Positions 8,870 to 18,695 of a stretch of DNA of 64,000 bases are shown piece by piece. Position numbers and translations under genes: made by a program. This stretch comes from Candidatus Poseidoniales archaeon. Lineage in GTDB: Archaea > Thermoplasmatota > Poseidoniia > Poseidoniales > Thalassarchaeaceae. The notes beneath the pieces were generated by a model. It saw only the letters and a list, made by a program, of their open reading frames with translations. It made no database searches and was not told the DNA's origin. Numbering within the stretch: the first letter of the stretch is position 1; every line of letters starts with the position of its first letter. The stretch lies in contig DUAE01000033.1 of assembly GCA_012960975.1 (NCBI GenBank), forward strand, positions 40,610 through 104,609, read 5' to 3'.

Positions 8870-10441
8870 TCAATCGCCGCGAGCAGATATTACCTGATCT
8901 ATTCTCAACATACTAATTGCTGTCTCGGTTGCAGATTGCAAAGATTCCTCAATTACCGAAAAAGGATGCCACACACCGATTACTTCGCCAACATTGCCGT
9001 CGATGGTAATGCCTTGAAACGTCGAATTGCTATTTGTTGCCGATCTAAGTTCGAGTATGCGATCGAGCGGCTCGCCACCTGAGTTTTCTACGAGGGTGGC
9101 GGGAATGGTCTCGAGAGCGCGGGAGAAAGCATCCATTGCAAGACGTCCTCGACCCGGTTCACTTTCACTCGCATTACGTATCGCCTGAGCGATTCGAGCA
9201 TGAATTGCACCTGCTCCAGGCAAGACTGCGTCTTCATCTAGCGCTCCCGAAGTGGCTCGCAGTCCGTCGTGTAAGCCACGAATTATTTCATCGGTACCTA
9301 AATCTCCCGAGCCCCCAACCTCTATAGTTAGAACTCGTGGATTTGTACAATTATCAATACGAATAATATCCTCAACCATGTCGCTGGCTTCACGGCGTTC
9401 CCAAGCTAAGGAACCACAATTTCCCAAGTCTGATGGTTGAATATCCATTACTGAGTCGAGTAAATTTGCTCCAGTAGCATCCGCTGAGTTGTTGACTTCT
9501 GATGAGTCCAATTCACCAATTGCAAGAATTTTTGAATCGGCTAATCGATGGAGAATATCCCTGTCTATTTCGCCGCCACAAAGAATAATATTTGTTCCAC
9601 TAGCGATTATCATATCTGCAATATCTCTCTTCCTATCGTGCTCAGCATCAACAAAAGCATCGAGTTGATCTGCTGAGCTAATCTGAATTTCAGCATCACG
9701 TGACATTTTACGAATTTTCAAATCACCAGAAATAACAGCGACTTTTGCGTCGACCAATTTGTTTGGTAAATTGTCCATCAAAACTCGTCGGCGAAAAGCA
9801 ACACCCCTAATAAGACGAGATTCGCTCAGACTGGCGGAATTAGATTTGAACATAGCGACATGTTCAGCGTGAGGGGTTTTACGAGATTTGGAAAGAATCG
9901 TTAAGGCCTCGACAATCAATTCTGAAAAATGGTCGAGTGCTCCCTCGGCTGCCTTTCCTGTAAGAGTGGTTTGAGCAACGCCGAGCAAGCGCTCGGAAGA
10001 TGCGTTTTGCTTGTCTTTTTCCATTTGTTCACAAGCTATTTGGAAGGATTTACGGTAACCGCTGACAAGGGTAAGGGGGTGTAGACCTTTTCGCAGTAAT
10101 GTGTTTGCTTCTTGAAGAAGCGAGCCGCAGAGTAACATTGTTGTCGTCACACCATCACCACAATTTTCCTCTTGTGAATTCGCCATAGCCACCATCATTT
10201 TTGCCGCAGGATGTTTGACCAACAACTCCGCCACAATCTTCGCGCCGTCATTGGTAACAGCAGTATTTCCATCGGTTTTGTAGAGCATTTTGTCTAGACC
10301 ACGCGGACCAAAAGTTGGCTTCAACAAATCCGCAAAAACACGAGCGGCGGTAATTAATTTCTCTTGCACGTCCGTGCCGCTCGTTACCGAGGTTTGCTCG
10401 GGTACAATTACCACTTGTGGCCTACCTGCACCCTCGCTCAT
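8870..10441 (-). CDS. Thermosome (group II chaperonin) subunit, divergent
   Basis: TFGPRGLDKM, TNDGAKI, GDGVTT, PGAGA, ATETAISMLRID. Confidence 0.92.
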   Translation of the reverse strand: MSEGAGRPQVVIVPEQTSVTSGTDVQEKLITAARVFADLLKPTFGPRGLDKMLYKTDGNTAVTNDGAKIVAELLVKHPAAKMMVAMANSQEENCGDGVTTTMLLCGSLLQEANTLLRKGLHPLTLVSGYRKSFQIACEQMEKDKQNASSERLLGVAQTTLTGKAAEGALDHFSELIVEALTILSKSRKTPHAEHVAMFKSNSASLSESRLIRGVAFRRRVLMDNLPNKLVDAKVAVISGDLKIRKMSRDAEIQISSADQLDAFVDAEHDRKRDIADMIIASGTNIILCGGEIDRDILHRLADSKILAIGELDSSEVNNSADATGANLLDSVMDIQPSDLGNCGSLAWERREASDMVEDIIRIDNCTNPRVLTIEVGGSGDLGTDEIIRGLHDGLRATSGALDEDAVLPGAGAIHARIAQAIRNASESEPGRGRLAMDAFSRALETIPATLVENSGGEPLDRILELRSATNSNSTFQGITIDGNVGEVIGVWHPFSVIEESLQSATETAISMLRIDQVISARGD

Positions 10442-10549
10442 TAAAGCGTTCGAGCCAAAGGGCCGTCATGAATCCTTTGAGTCGGAAAATTCGCATTTTT
10501 TCACACTCGGTAGGAGAAATGCTATCCCGCAAACGCCGAGGCGAGAAGC

Positions 10550-11506
10550 ATGAAGGGGGGTGTATTGATGGTAGCAATGTGTCTTTTCATGGTTGGTTTC
10601 AGCCCAATTTATTTACAGGCCTCGGCCCAACCGGCAATAATTCCTGAAATTACTTTAGAATGTTTAGAAGATTCTGTCGAAATTGGAATTGACGCCGCAT
10701 TCGTGACATGTGAAATTGAAAATCCCACTCAATATGTAGAAAAAATCGAACTGACATCAGAATCTGATATTAATTTGGCTCATCCCGAAGAAATCACTTT
10801 GGGTGCAGGAGACTCACAGCAATTCATGGTTGCAATAGATAGTTCTAGTGCGTCAATTTTTGGAGATTATGAAGCAAATATTTCAGCAAAGGTTGTTGAA
10901 GCCAATGATATCGCAGTCAGTTTAATTACATCTACTGAAAGTGACTCGTTCATCATTACAATTGCTGAAACATTGGATTGCGAAGTCACCATGGGGCAAG
11001 GAGGCGGGGCGATTGAAGCGGGAGAAATTGTCATCTTCTCTGCAACCTACCGATGTGATGGAAACCGTGACGGTGTGAAGGTTATTGCTCATCTTGAGCT
11101 TTTTGAGCACGGTGGGAATTCCCCTCATTGGCCGGCAGGTTTTATCGATAAATCGCCACCTTGTGATTTAACCATAAACAATGGCGATGGGGTTGCTTCT
11201 TGCCAATTCACACTTGAGACGCCGGATGAAATTTATTCAGAATGGAAAGGGTGCATGATAATCCTTGACAACACCGTCCGTACCGCAGATACTTGTAATC
11301 AAAACACCAAATTACAACTAACCGTGAAACCAAAATCCACCGGACTGGGGATTGAACTCGGGGGCAATAATTCCATTATTGATCAATTAGGACTGACCAA
11401 AGAACAATTGCCTATTATTGGTGGCGGTATAGGATTGCTCGTAATCATCATCATTGGATTGGTTATTTCCCGCCGAAAAAACCGTGATTATGAACATGAA
11501 CAGTGA
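10550..11506 (+). CDS. Secreted protein with C-terminal membrane anchor (Ig-like beta domains)
   Basis: N-terminal signal peptide, Cys-containing beta-rich body, TM helix followed by RRK. Confidence 0.7.
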   Translation: MKGGVLMVAMCLFMVGFSPIYLQASAQPAIIPEITLECLEDSVEIGIDAAFVTCEIENPTQYVEKIELTSESDINLAHPEEITLGAGDSQQFMVAIDSSSASIFGDYEANISAKVVEANDIAVSLITSTESDSFIITIAETLDCEVTMGQGGGAIEAGEIVIFSATYRCDGNRDGVKVIAHLELFEHGGNSPHWPAGFIDKSPPCDLTINNGDGVASCQFTLETPDEIYSEWKGCMIILDNTVRTADTCNQNTKLQLTVKPKSTGLGIELGGNNSIIDQLGLTKEQLPIIGGGIGLLVIIIIGLVISRRKNRDYEHEQ

Positions 11507-11518
11507 TGTCTAAGCGCC

Positions 11519-11845
11519 TTATCCAAGCACGAGAATGTGCCAACGAATTAGGATTGAAGATACGGCTGCAAGTCCAATAGATTCGTTTGTCGGGAACCCG
11601 AAAGTGTTTGTGAAAATGTAGTACTGAACGGCAGTTAATACAATGAAAATAGCGATAGACTTGAGAGTTGATGCATCCCAAGGAGATTGGGAAATAATAT
11701 GTTGGCGATTATTGAAAATTTTGTACGTAAGGCACACTAGACCGAGGACGATTAAGTGTCCAACCAACCAACCAAGGCTACTTCCAAATGCACTAACAAT
11801 CATATCTTGAAAACCACATAGAACAAATGATGCTATGTCAATCAT
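11519..11845 (-). CDS. Small membrane protein
   Basis: 108 aa with 3 hydrophobic helices. Confidence 0.6.
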   Translation of the reverse strand: MIDIASFVLCGFQDMIVSAFGSSLGWLVGHLIVLGLVCLTYKIFNNRQHIISQSPWDASTLKSIAIFIVLTAVQYYIFTNTFGFPTNESIGLAAVSSILIRWHILVLG

Positions 11846-11968
11846 GAACTCTCGACTGTCTTCAAGTTCTTCAATACACTCAATTCAATCATTGCCTCAA
11901 ATATTATATTTTGAATTCGAAAAAAATACCTGATATTATAGGGAAATGGGGAACCGATATGCCTTAGC

Positions 11969-13234
11969 GTGTCATCTCTACGAAACCTTGTGAGTGATTT
12001 GCGGCCAAAGCTACTCGTTGTCAAAGCGGCAATGGATGTAAATGGCGGAGCGGCCAGAGATTTACTCCGAAATTTACCTGAAATCTCAAAACATTTCCAC
12101 GTTAAATTTGCTTGCTTGAACATCCTTGATTCACAAAAATCATTTCTTCAAAAACAAGGCATTACTGTTTTTGTCCCTGAAGAGCAATGGATCGCGAAAG
12201 GCGGCCTATTCAATGAAATAACTGCGGGGCAAGAACGCAGTTCCGCTAAGGCTTGGCGAGACAGTCCCTCGATTGACGATGCAATAGGATGGGCCGACAT
12301 CATACATTTAACCGGAGGAAATGGTTCAATGGAATTTACACAACTTGTGCCTAAAACTAAGCCAATGCATTTGCATTTTTTAGAATCAAAACCTGGACTG
12401 CATGATGATATCAGCCACCTTAAACCGGATGGGGGCGGACGTTGGAAGCCGCCTCTAATGCATTTATTACAAATTTACCAACGGAAGAAAGTCGAGGATT
12501 CTTTTTCTTTATTCAAAAATAATTCTCGATGGGAGATTTCTGCGAATTCGAAATTTTCTGCAGCTAATTTATTAAGAATTTATCAAATCAGGGGAGATAT
12601 TATCTACCCCTCTGTGGATCTTTCTGAATTTTCTAGGAATTACTCCGACAGTGAAATTCTTGCTTTTAACGAGTTAAATTTGCCACCGAGTGGCTCATAT
12701 CTAGTCACGGTCGGTAGAATTTCTCGCTTCAAAGGAATTTATGAAGCCGTTGAGCATATCAGAAATTCTGGGCTCGCACTAGTTGTCATCGGCGGGGGAA
12801 ATAGCAGAGAAAATGAATCATTAATATCATTTGGAAAAAAAATAGGAGTAAATATTAATGTTCTTTCAGATCTTGATTCTGAAGCCATGCGCGCAGTTCT
12901 AAGGAATTCTGTCGCAGTTATTGGACTAGCTCACGGAGAAGCGTTTGGATTAACTCCCATCGAAGCAATGGCGATTGGTATACCGCCGATTTTTGTCAAT
13001 GAGGGGGGTTATCGGGAAACAATAATTGATGGGGAAAATGGTCGGCTAATTTCACGTCACGATCTGAGCGAATGGAAGGAAGCGTTTGAACAAGCACAAG
13101 ATATTGAAATTCGATCTCGGTGGTCAAATTCAGGCCTACAGAGGATTGCTAAATTAGGATTAAGTCCCGAAAATCATGCTGTAAAATTACAATCCAAGTT
13201 AAATTCCATGCTTTCGATGGAGGAGTCCCCTTGA
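11969..13234 (+). CDS. Glycosyltransferase family 4 (GT-B)
   Basis: IIYPSVD, VGRISRFKG, EAFGLTPIEAMAIG (ExF-x5-E), ETIIDGENG. Confidence 0.9.
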   Translation: MSSLRNLVSDLRPKLLVVKAAMDVNGGAARDLLRNLPEISKHFHVKFACLNILDSQKSFLQKQGITVFVPEEQWIAKGGLFNEITAGQERSSAKAWRDSPSIDDAIGWADIIHLTGGNGSMEFTQLVPKTKPMHLHFLESKPGLHDDISHLKPDGGGRWKPPLMHLLQIYQRKKVEDSFSLFKNNSRWEISANSKFSAANLLRIYQIRGDIIYPSVDLSEFSRNYSDSEILAFNELNLPPSGSYLVTVGRISRFKGIYEAVEHIRNSGLALVVIGGGNSRENESLISFGKKIGVNINVLSDLDSEAMRAVLRNSVAVIGLAHGEAFGLTPIEAMAIGIPPIFVNEGGYRETIIDGENGRLISRHDLSEWKEAFEQAQDIEIRSRWSNSGLQRIAKLGLSPENHAVKLQSKLNSMLSMEESP

Positions 13235-14166
13235 TTGATGAAATAATTAATCTAGAAAAGGTTGGAGAACTTCTTGAATTGGCCGATTATCCTGCATTAT
13301 CAAAAATTGAGGTTCTTTCCGGTGGCTGGGCAAATTCAAATTATCTATTAACATGCGACGATGAAACAAAAGTCGTACTGAAAATTTGGCGAGAAAGAAG
13401 CCCTGATGCGGTTCAAAAAATGAATTCAAGCATAGAATGGATTGCAAAACACGGGGTATCCACTCCCATCCCACTCAAATTGAAAAATAATGAAAACATG
13501 ATCGTAGTCGATGGTTTTGCTTGGATTCTGATTCCATTTATCAATGCTCCATGGATCTCACAAGATATTGCTTCATTAAAATCACTCGGCATTGCCATTG
13601 CTGGCCTTCACGGCGTCCCTAATGCAGGACATTTTGGGACTTATTATACGATGGGAGTCGATATATGGCCGGAGCTTTTTGAACGCGCTGAATCTGAAAA
13701 AAAATGGTCGCCGTTCCTAAGAATGTTAGAAGAAGAATTTATCAAAAAAGATAATAATATCCCATTGAATTTACCCAAAGGCGTAATTCATGGCGATCTA
13801 TTTCAAGACAATATCTTAGGGCACCCAGGAGAAGTTTTAGCGATTCTTGATTTTGAGGATATTTGTTATAATATACTGGCAATTGATTTGGTAGTAGCGT
13901 TTATCGGATGCTGTTGGATTGATGAAAAACCAGTAAAAGAGTTATGGTCTTCACTATTATCTGGCTATGAATCAGTACGCCCTCTCTCGTCAGAAGAAAG
14001 AGCTGCCTTGCCTGAATTATACCGGTACGCCAGCCTTTCGGTCGCTGCTTGGCGTTATCGAAAATTTGTCTTAGATGAAGAAGATTCGGAACATGCTGAG
14101 AGATATTTATTGATGATGAAAAGATTGGAAGAACCTGTTGGGTTTCTGACTGAATATCAAAAATAA
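13231..14166 (+). CDS. Homoserine kinase type II / APH-family phosphotransferase
   Basis: GGWANSNY, GVIHGDLFQDNIL, ILDFED. Overlaps the GT4 gene by 4 nt. Confidence 0.75.
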   Translation: MIDEIINLEKVGELLELADYPALSKIEVLSGGWANSNYLLTCDDETKVVLKIWRERSPDAVQKMNSSIEWIAKHGVSTPIPLKLKNNENMIVVDGFAWILIPFINAPWISQDIASLKSLGIAIAGLHGVPNAGHFGTYYTMGVDIWPELFERAESEKKWSPFLRMLEEEFIKKDNNIPLNLPKGVIHGDLFQDNILGHPGEVLAILDFEDICYNILAIDLVVAFIGCCWIDEKPVKELWSSLLSGYESVRPLSSEERAALPELYRYASLSVAAWRYRKFVLDEEDSEHAERYLLMMKRLEEPVGFLTEYQK

Positions 14167-14177
14167 AGGAGAAAAGT

Positions 14178-14636
14178 ATGGCAGTAATACATTCAGTCAA
14201 TGCTAATCCAAATGGTGGAGTGCCCAAACCTCGGATTAATTTGACTCGGCTCTGCTATGGGGGGGTCGAGGGCGATAAGCAGAACGATTTGCGTTACCAC
14301 GGCGGTCCACTACGTGCAGTATGCCTATATTCTCTTGAAAAAATCAAAATACTGCAAGCTGAAGGGCATCCAATTGATGTCGGCACAACTGGAGAAAATC
14401 TAACGATTAAAAACATTGATTGGGATTCGTTAGAGACAGGAATGGAATTATCTATCGGTGATGCTCGAATTGAATTGACCACCCGCGCTCCACCATGCAA
14501 TATCATTAACGGTTCTTTCAGTGACCTAAATTCGAAGCGTATTTCTCATGAAGACAACCCAGGATGGTCGCGCTGGTATGCAAAAGTTCTGACGGAAGGA
14601 TTTGTAGAAGTTGGCGATTTGGTTATTCGAGGATGA
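14178..14636 (+). CDS. MOSC (YiiM-like) domain protein
   Basis: GGVPKP, GDKQNDLRYHGGPLRAV, GENLTI, RAPPC, WYAKVLTEG. Confidence 0.88.
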   Translation: MAVIHSVNANPNGGVPKPRINLTRLCYGGVEGDKQNDLRYHGGPLRAVCLYSLEKIKILQAEGHPIDVGTTGENLTIKNIDWDSLETGMELSIGDARIELTTRAPPCNIINGSFSDLNSKRISHEDNPGWSRWYAKVLTEGFVEVGDLVIRG

Positions 14637-14707
14637 AACATCGTTTCTAGAACGCGCTTAGCGTGTTCGCCATTCTGAAATAGGGATGGTCGCTCGCCCG
14701 GTTCAAA

Positions 14708-14792
14708 GCAGAGGTACCCGAGTGGTCAAAGGGGCTGGGATGAGGTCCCAGTGCGTAGTGCTTCGCAGGTTCAAATCCTGTCCTCTGCACCA
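14708..14792 (+). tRNA. tRNA-Leu (GAG), intronless, CCA encoded
   Basis: Acceptor stem GCAGAGG/CCTCTGC+ACCA, anticodon arm CTGGG-ATGAGGT-CCCAG, long variable arm, T arm GCAGG-TTCAAAT-CCTGT. Confidence 0.95.
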
Positions 14793-14851
14793 TCTTAACA
14801 ACACCAGCGGTTACGGGACAATTTCAAAGAGCATTCCCTGGCTCTGGAACC

Positions 14852-16903
14852 ATGCGAGCCAGCGCTGTTCCAGTGATTCTCCTTGTTTTGGTGATGATTA
14901 GCCAGTCGCTCGCAGTCATATCCTGCGTAGAATTAGAGAATGGGGCTACGCATCTTGAAACAGACTACGGTGGACCTATCACATATACTGATGAACACAC
15001 ATATGCCACACTAGGATCTTCAGAAAGGAGCGCTACTCTGACTATGCCTGGGGGGCATGACTACGATAGGCCGCTACCTCTCGTAATTGCCCTTCATGGG
15101 TACTCGAGCTCGGGCTCTTTCAATGCATGGTGGATGAGTCTTTATGACAGCGTTCACGAAAATGAACACCTTCTTCTAACACCTGATGGAACTCTGAATT
15201 GGATAGCGATGAGATATTGGAATGCAACAGAAGCCTGTTGCAATTTATTTGGCTCTTCAGTAGATGATGTTTCTTTCCTAGAAGGTCTGATTAGTGAGGC
15301 GGTTGAAAATTACGGTGCAGACCCCTTGGGAGTAGTACTAATTGGCCATTCCAATGGAGCCTTTATGACTCATCGAATGGCTTGCGAAAGGGGGAATTTG
15401 ATTGAATCAATAATCTCACTTAATGGGGCCACATGGAATGATTTCAACAATGATTGTCCAGATACTGGCCGACCAAATATTCTCCATGTCCATTCAACAC
15501 TTGATGGAGTAATACAGTATGATGGAGGTTCACTAAACGGAGCTCAATACCCATCCGCCCCCCAATCAACATCATTCTGGGCCTCTCGCTCTAGTTGCGA
15601 TTCAGCATGGACCAATCTTGGCGCAATCGATTTAACAAATTCGGATGGCTATGCCGAGACTGACAATTTAGAACACTTGAATTGTGCAGATGGCAACAGA
15701 GTATCTCATTGGAGAATCAACAATGGAAGTCACAACCCATCCCTCAATGCTCCTGGTTGGGCGTACAAATCATTAACATGGGGATTAGCAGATTTTGTTC
15801 GTGATTCGGATGGCGATGGTTATCGAGACGACTCGGATGCCTTCGTGTACGACTCTGACGAGTGGGCTGATAACGACGAGGATGGAATCGGGGACAACGC
15901 AGACATAGATGATGATAATGATGGGTTGACCGACTCGGAAGAGGCAAATATCGGCACAAACCCACTCAATTGGGATACGGATGGCGATAAAATTTCTGAC
16001 TTGACTGATTGCGACCCAATAAACGAAGAATTGTACACTGACACCGATTTAGATGGAGTCTGTGACGAGGTGGATGAAGATGCTGATGGGGACAATTGGA
16101 ACAATGACCAGGAATTCAATTGTTTGACTGATTGGTTGGATGTTAGCTCAGTACCATCTGATTTTGACGGCGATAGCGTTTGTGACGTGAAGGATACTGA
16201 TGATGATGATGACGGATACTTCGACGAAAACGATTTGTTTCCCCTCGATGCTAGCGAGTGGTCGGACAATGATGGGGATGGATTTGGAGACAATGCGGAT
16301 ACCGATGATGATAATGATGGCTGGTCTGACGTTGATGAGTTATCATGCGGAACCAGTCCCTGGGGACTCCCAGATCCAGAAGACATGGACGGAGATGGTG
16401 TGTGCGACTTCCTTGACCCTGATATCGATGGTGATGGGCATCCTAACGATGATGACCACTATCCCTTAGATTCCAGTGAATGGGCTGACACAGACAGTGA
16501 TGGAGTAGGCGATAACGCGGACGCGTTTCCAAGCGACCCAAATGAGTGGTCTGACACAGACGGTGACGGAGTCGGCGACAACTCAGATGCTTTTCCAAAC
16601 GAAGCAAACGAATGGAGTGACTTAGACGGTGATGGGGTAGGGGACAACACCGACACCTTCCCAACAGACCCCCTAGAGTGGATAGACGCGGATATCGACG
16701 GCGTCGGTGACAACTCGGATGCTTTTCCAATGGACGTGGAAGAGTGGCTGGACACGGACGGCGACGGCGTCGGAAACAACGCGGACGCCTACCCCCTCGA
16801 TTCTTCTAAATGGGAGGAAGACCCGAATTACGCAATGATTGGGCTGGTAGGCGCGCTAACTATGATTGCCGTTCTAGCGTACACAAGACAGCGACATGAT
16901 TGA
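14852..16903 (+). CDS. Secreted LpqC/PHB-depolymerase-like esterase with thrombospondin type-3 repeats and C-terminal TM anchor
   Basis: Signal peptide, PLVIALHG, WNATEACC, nucleophile GHSNG, many DxDxDG repeats, C-terminal TM helix. Confidence 0.85.
   Translation: MRASAVPVILLVLVMISQSLAVISCVELENGATHLETDYGGPITYTDEHTYATLGSSERSATLTMPGGHDYDRPLPLVIALHGYSSSGSFNAWWMSLYDSVHENEHLLLTPDGTLNWIAMRYWNATEACCNLFGSSVDDVSFLEGLISEAVENYGADPLGVVLIGHSNGAFMTHRMACERGNLIESIISLNGATWNDFNNDCPDTGRPNILHVHSTLDGVIQYDGGSLNGAQYPSAPQSTSFWASRSSCDSAWTNLGAIDLTNSDGYAETDNLEHLNCADGNRVSHWRINNGSHNPSLNAPGWAYKSLTWGLADFVRDSDGDGYRDDSDAFVYDSDEWADNDEDGIGDNADIDDDNDGLTDSEEANIGTNPLNWDTDGDKISDLTDCDPINEELYTDTDLDGVCDEVDEDADGDNWNNDQEFNCLTDWLDVSSVPSDFDGDSVCDVKDTDDDDDGYFDENDLFPLDASEWSDNDGDGFGDNADTDDDNDGWSDVDELSCGTSPWGLPDPEDMDGDGVCDFLDPDIDGDGHPNDDDHYPLDSSEWADTDSDGVGDNADAFPSDPNEWSDTDGDGVGDNSDAFPNEANEWSDLDGDGVGDNTDTFPTDPLEWIDADIDGVGDNSDAFPMDVEEWLDTDGDGVGNNADAYPLDSSKWEEDPNYAMIGLVGALTMIAVLAYTRQRHD
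16478..16813 (+). repeat. Five ~69-bp degenerate coding repeats (23-aa TSP3 units EWxDxDxDGVGDNxDAFP)
   Basis: Visible in both the translation and the DNA (e.g. gacggcgtcggtgacaactcggatgcttttcca). Confidence 0.85.
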
Positions 16904-16927
16904 GTGCCTAGAGCACTTTCGAATACT

Positions 16928-17284
16928 ATGAACTGGATTAGCCTAGTGGGAAAAGGATTGTTTAGCGGAGCCGTAATAGTGACTGCCAGCGAGATTGCAA
17001 AAAGGTCGGCAACCTTCGGGGCCCTAGTTATCTCGCTGCCATTGGCGAGTATTATTGCCCTCTCTTCCCTCTATAACGAAACATCTGATGTTGAAAAAGT
17101 TGCAGAGTTTGCTGAAGGAATTCTATGGCTGGTTTTGCCATCATTAGTATTATTTGTCACTTTACCAATTATGTTAAGAAAAAACATTGGATTTGAAGTT
17201 GCAATGGCCTCTTCAATTATTTTTACACTTATCGCATATGGCATCGGTATTTGGGCTGCACAAGCTATTGGAAATATTTCTTGA
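16928..17284 (+). CDS. DUF3147-like membrane protein
   Basis: SEIAKRSATFGALVISLPL...ILWLVLPSL, 4 TM helices. Confidence 0.7.
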   Translation: MNWISLVGKGLFSGAVIVTASEIAKRSATFGALVISLPLASIIALSSLYNETSDVEKVAEFAEGILWLVLPSLVLFVTLPIMLRKNIGFEVAMASSIIFTLIAYGIGIWAAQAIGNIS

Positions 17285-17285
17285 C

Positions 17286-17708
17286 TTAATTATCATCAAA
17301 TACTTCGATTTCAATATTACGGCGTATTAAATCAGTAAATTTAGACTTATATTGTGTGGCTTTAACACTGTGATTATCGATCCAATGGTAATTTCCACCC
17401 CGTGGTTTTCCAAACAAAAGGGAATGAAATTTGAATCCTTTTTCATTAAGCCAAACTTCGGTTAATTCACGGTGCTCTTCAGTTCTTGCAGAAAAAAAAC
17501 ATATTTGATGGCCTTCGTCATACCAACGATTGATTGTTTCTAAAGCATCAGGATAGGCTTCGGCTGTCACCATTCTCTCGGGTTCTTCATTAGGTATATC
17601 TTCACCTATCGTACCATCAATATCGATAAGATAATTTTTAATTTTAGCAGAAAAAACTGGGCTCGCCCGCATTCCATTCTCATCCAATGCTTCAAGGAAC
17701 TCTTTCAC
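17286..17708 (-). CDS. HAD-superfamily (LNS2-like) phosphatase
   Basis: IDIDGT, FSAR, GKP, WIDN motifs. Confidence 0.75.
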   Translation of the reverse strand: MKEFLEALDENGMRASPVFSAKIKNYLIDIDGTIGEDIPNEEPERMVTAEAYPDALETINRWYDEGHQICFFSARTEEHRELTEVWLNEKGFKFHSLLFGKPRGGNYHWIDNHSVKATQYKSKFTDLIRRNIEIEVFDDN

Positions 17709-17858
17709 AATTTATCGCGGGTTGCGCCCGTACATGAATAAATAGGTCGGCACCTCTCTAAGTCAGCGATTTCGAGATGTTTTGGTTTTTTTGTTATTAA
17801 ATCGGAAAACAGTTTCCGGATTCCGAATGATTATGAATGGAGGGGCGGACGGCGATTC

Positions 17859-18656
17859 ATGCCCGGTACCTTCGATCGGAGCCGCCAATCCGCAGTCGTC
17901 CGATGCGTATCAAAAAAATTTGACCAAGCTATCTCTGTTTATTTCGGCACTATAACTCCCGATGCAATCGCAGCACAAGGAGCGCATGATGCCTATGTTG
18001 CCGCCCTTCGAGCACATGGAACCGAGGTAACTGTCCTTTCAGCACTCGATAAGCATCCGGATTGTTGTTTCGTCGAAGATGTTGCCGTGATGGTCGGCAA
18101 AAAAGCAATCATTCCCAAAATGGGGCACGCGTCTCGTGAAGGTGAGCAAGCGGCAATTATTGAATTCTTGAGTGAGGGGGCTGAAATAATCCATATGAAT
18201 TCCAATTGTACTTTAGATGGTGGTGATGTAGTTTTCTTGGATGATCGTTATCTAATTGGCATCTCAACTCGAACTAATCGGGCAGGAGCAGAATTCCTTG
18301 CGAAATATGTTAAAGATGCTGGCTTTAAAGTTGAATTCATTGAAATTCCAGATTCTACCTTGCACCTAACAACTATCTTTTCATCCCCACGTCCAGGAAC
18401 TCTTGTCGCAGCAGAAGGGCACCTCAGTATCAATCAAATTGGGCACCTTGCTGATGAAATAATTTGGGTGCCAAATTCTGAAAGTTATGCTGCGAATACC
18501 ATGGGATATTCTGGAGATCGGGTTATTATCGCAGCAGGATATCCTACAACCCGCCAATTATTGCTCGACGCTGGATTCAGTATTACAACAGTAGACATGG
18601 ATGCTATCCGTGAAGCGGATGGGTCCCTTACATGCTTATCTCAGTTCAATGCGTGA
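17859..18656 (+). CDS. Dimethylarginine dimethylaminohydrolase / amidinotransferase family
   Basis: PDCCFVEDVAV, SREGE, LDGGDV, RTN, LHL, DGSLTCLS. Confidence 0.85.
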   Translation: MPGTFDRSRQSAVVRCVSKKFDQAISVYFGTITPDAIAAQGAHDAYVAALRAHGTEVTVLSALDKHPDCCFVEDVAVMVGKKAIIPKMGHASREGEQAAIIEFLSEGAEIIHMNSNCTLDGGDVVFLDDRYLIGISTRTNRAGAEFLAKYVKDAGFKVEFIEIPDSTLHLTTIFSSPRPGTLVAAEGHLSINQIGHLADEIIWVPNSESYAANTMGYSGDRVIIAAGYPTTRQLLLDAGFSITTVDMDAIREADGSLTCLSQFNA

Positions 18657-18695
18657 ATCCGTTGCATTCAACAGCAGTGAATATCTCGGCAATTC

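Noticed and set aside
14686-14901. 71-aa ORF
   Set aside because: It overlaps tRNA-Leu and is spurious.
15820-16779. Ser-rich antisense ORFs
   Set aside because: They mirror the Asp/Gly codons of the TSP3 repeats.
16478-16813. Periodic ~69-bp repeats as a CRISPR array
   Set aside because: They are degenerate at third codon positions, in frame within a CDS (TSP3 units), lack unique spacers, and no cas genes are present.
14792-17700. Integrated mobile element at tRNA-Leu
   Set aside because: No integrase and no duplicated tRNA 3' end were found by eye.
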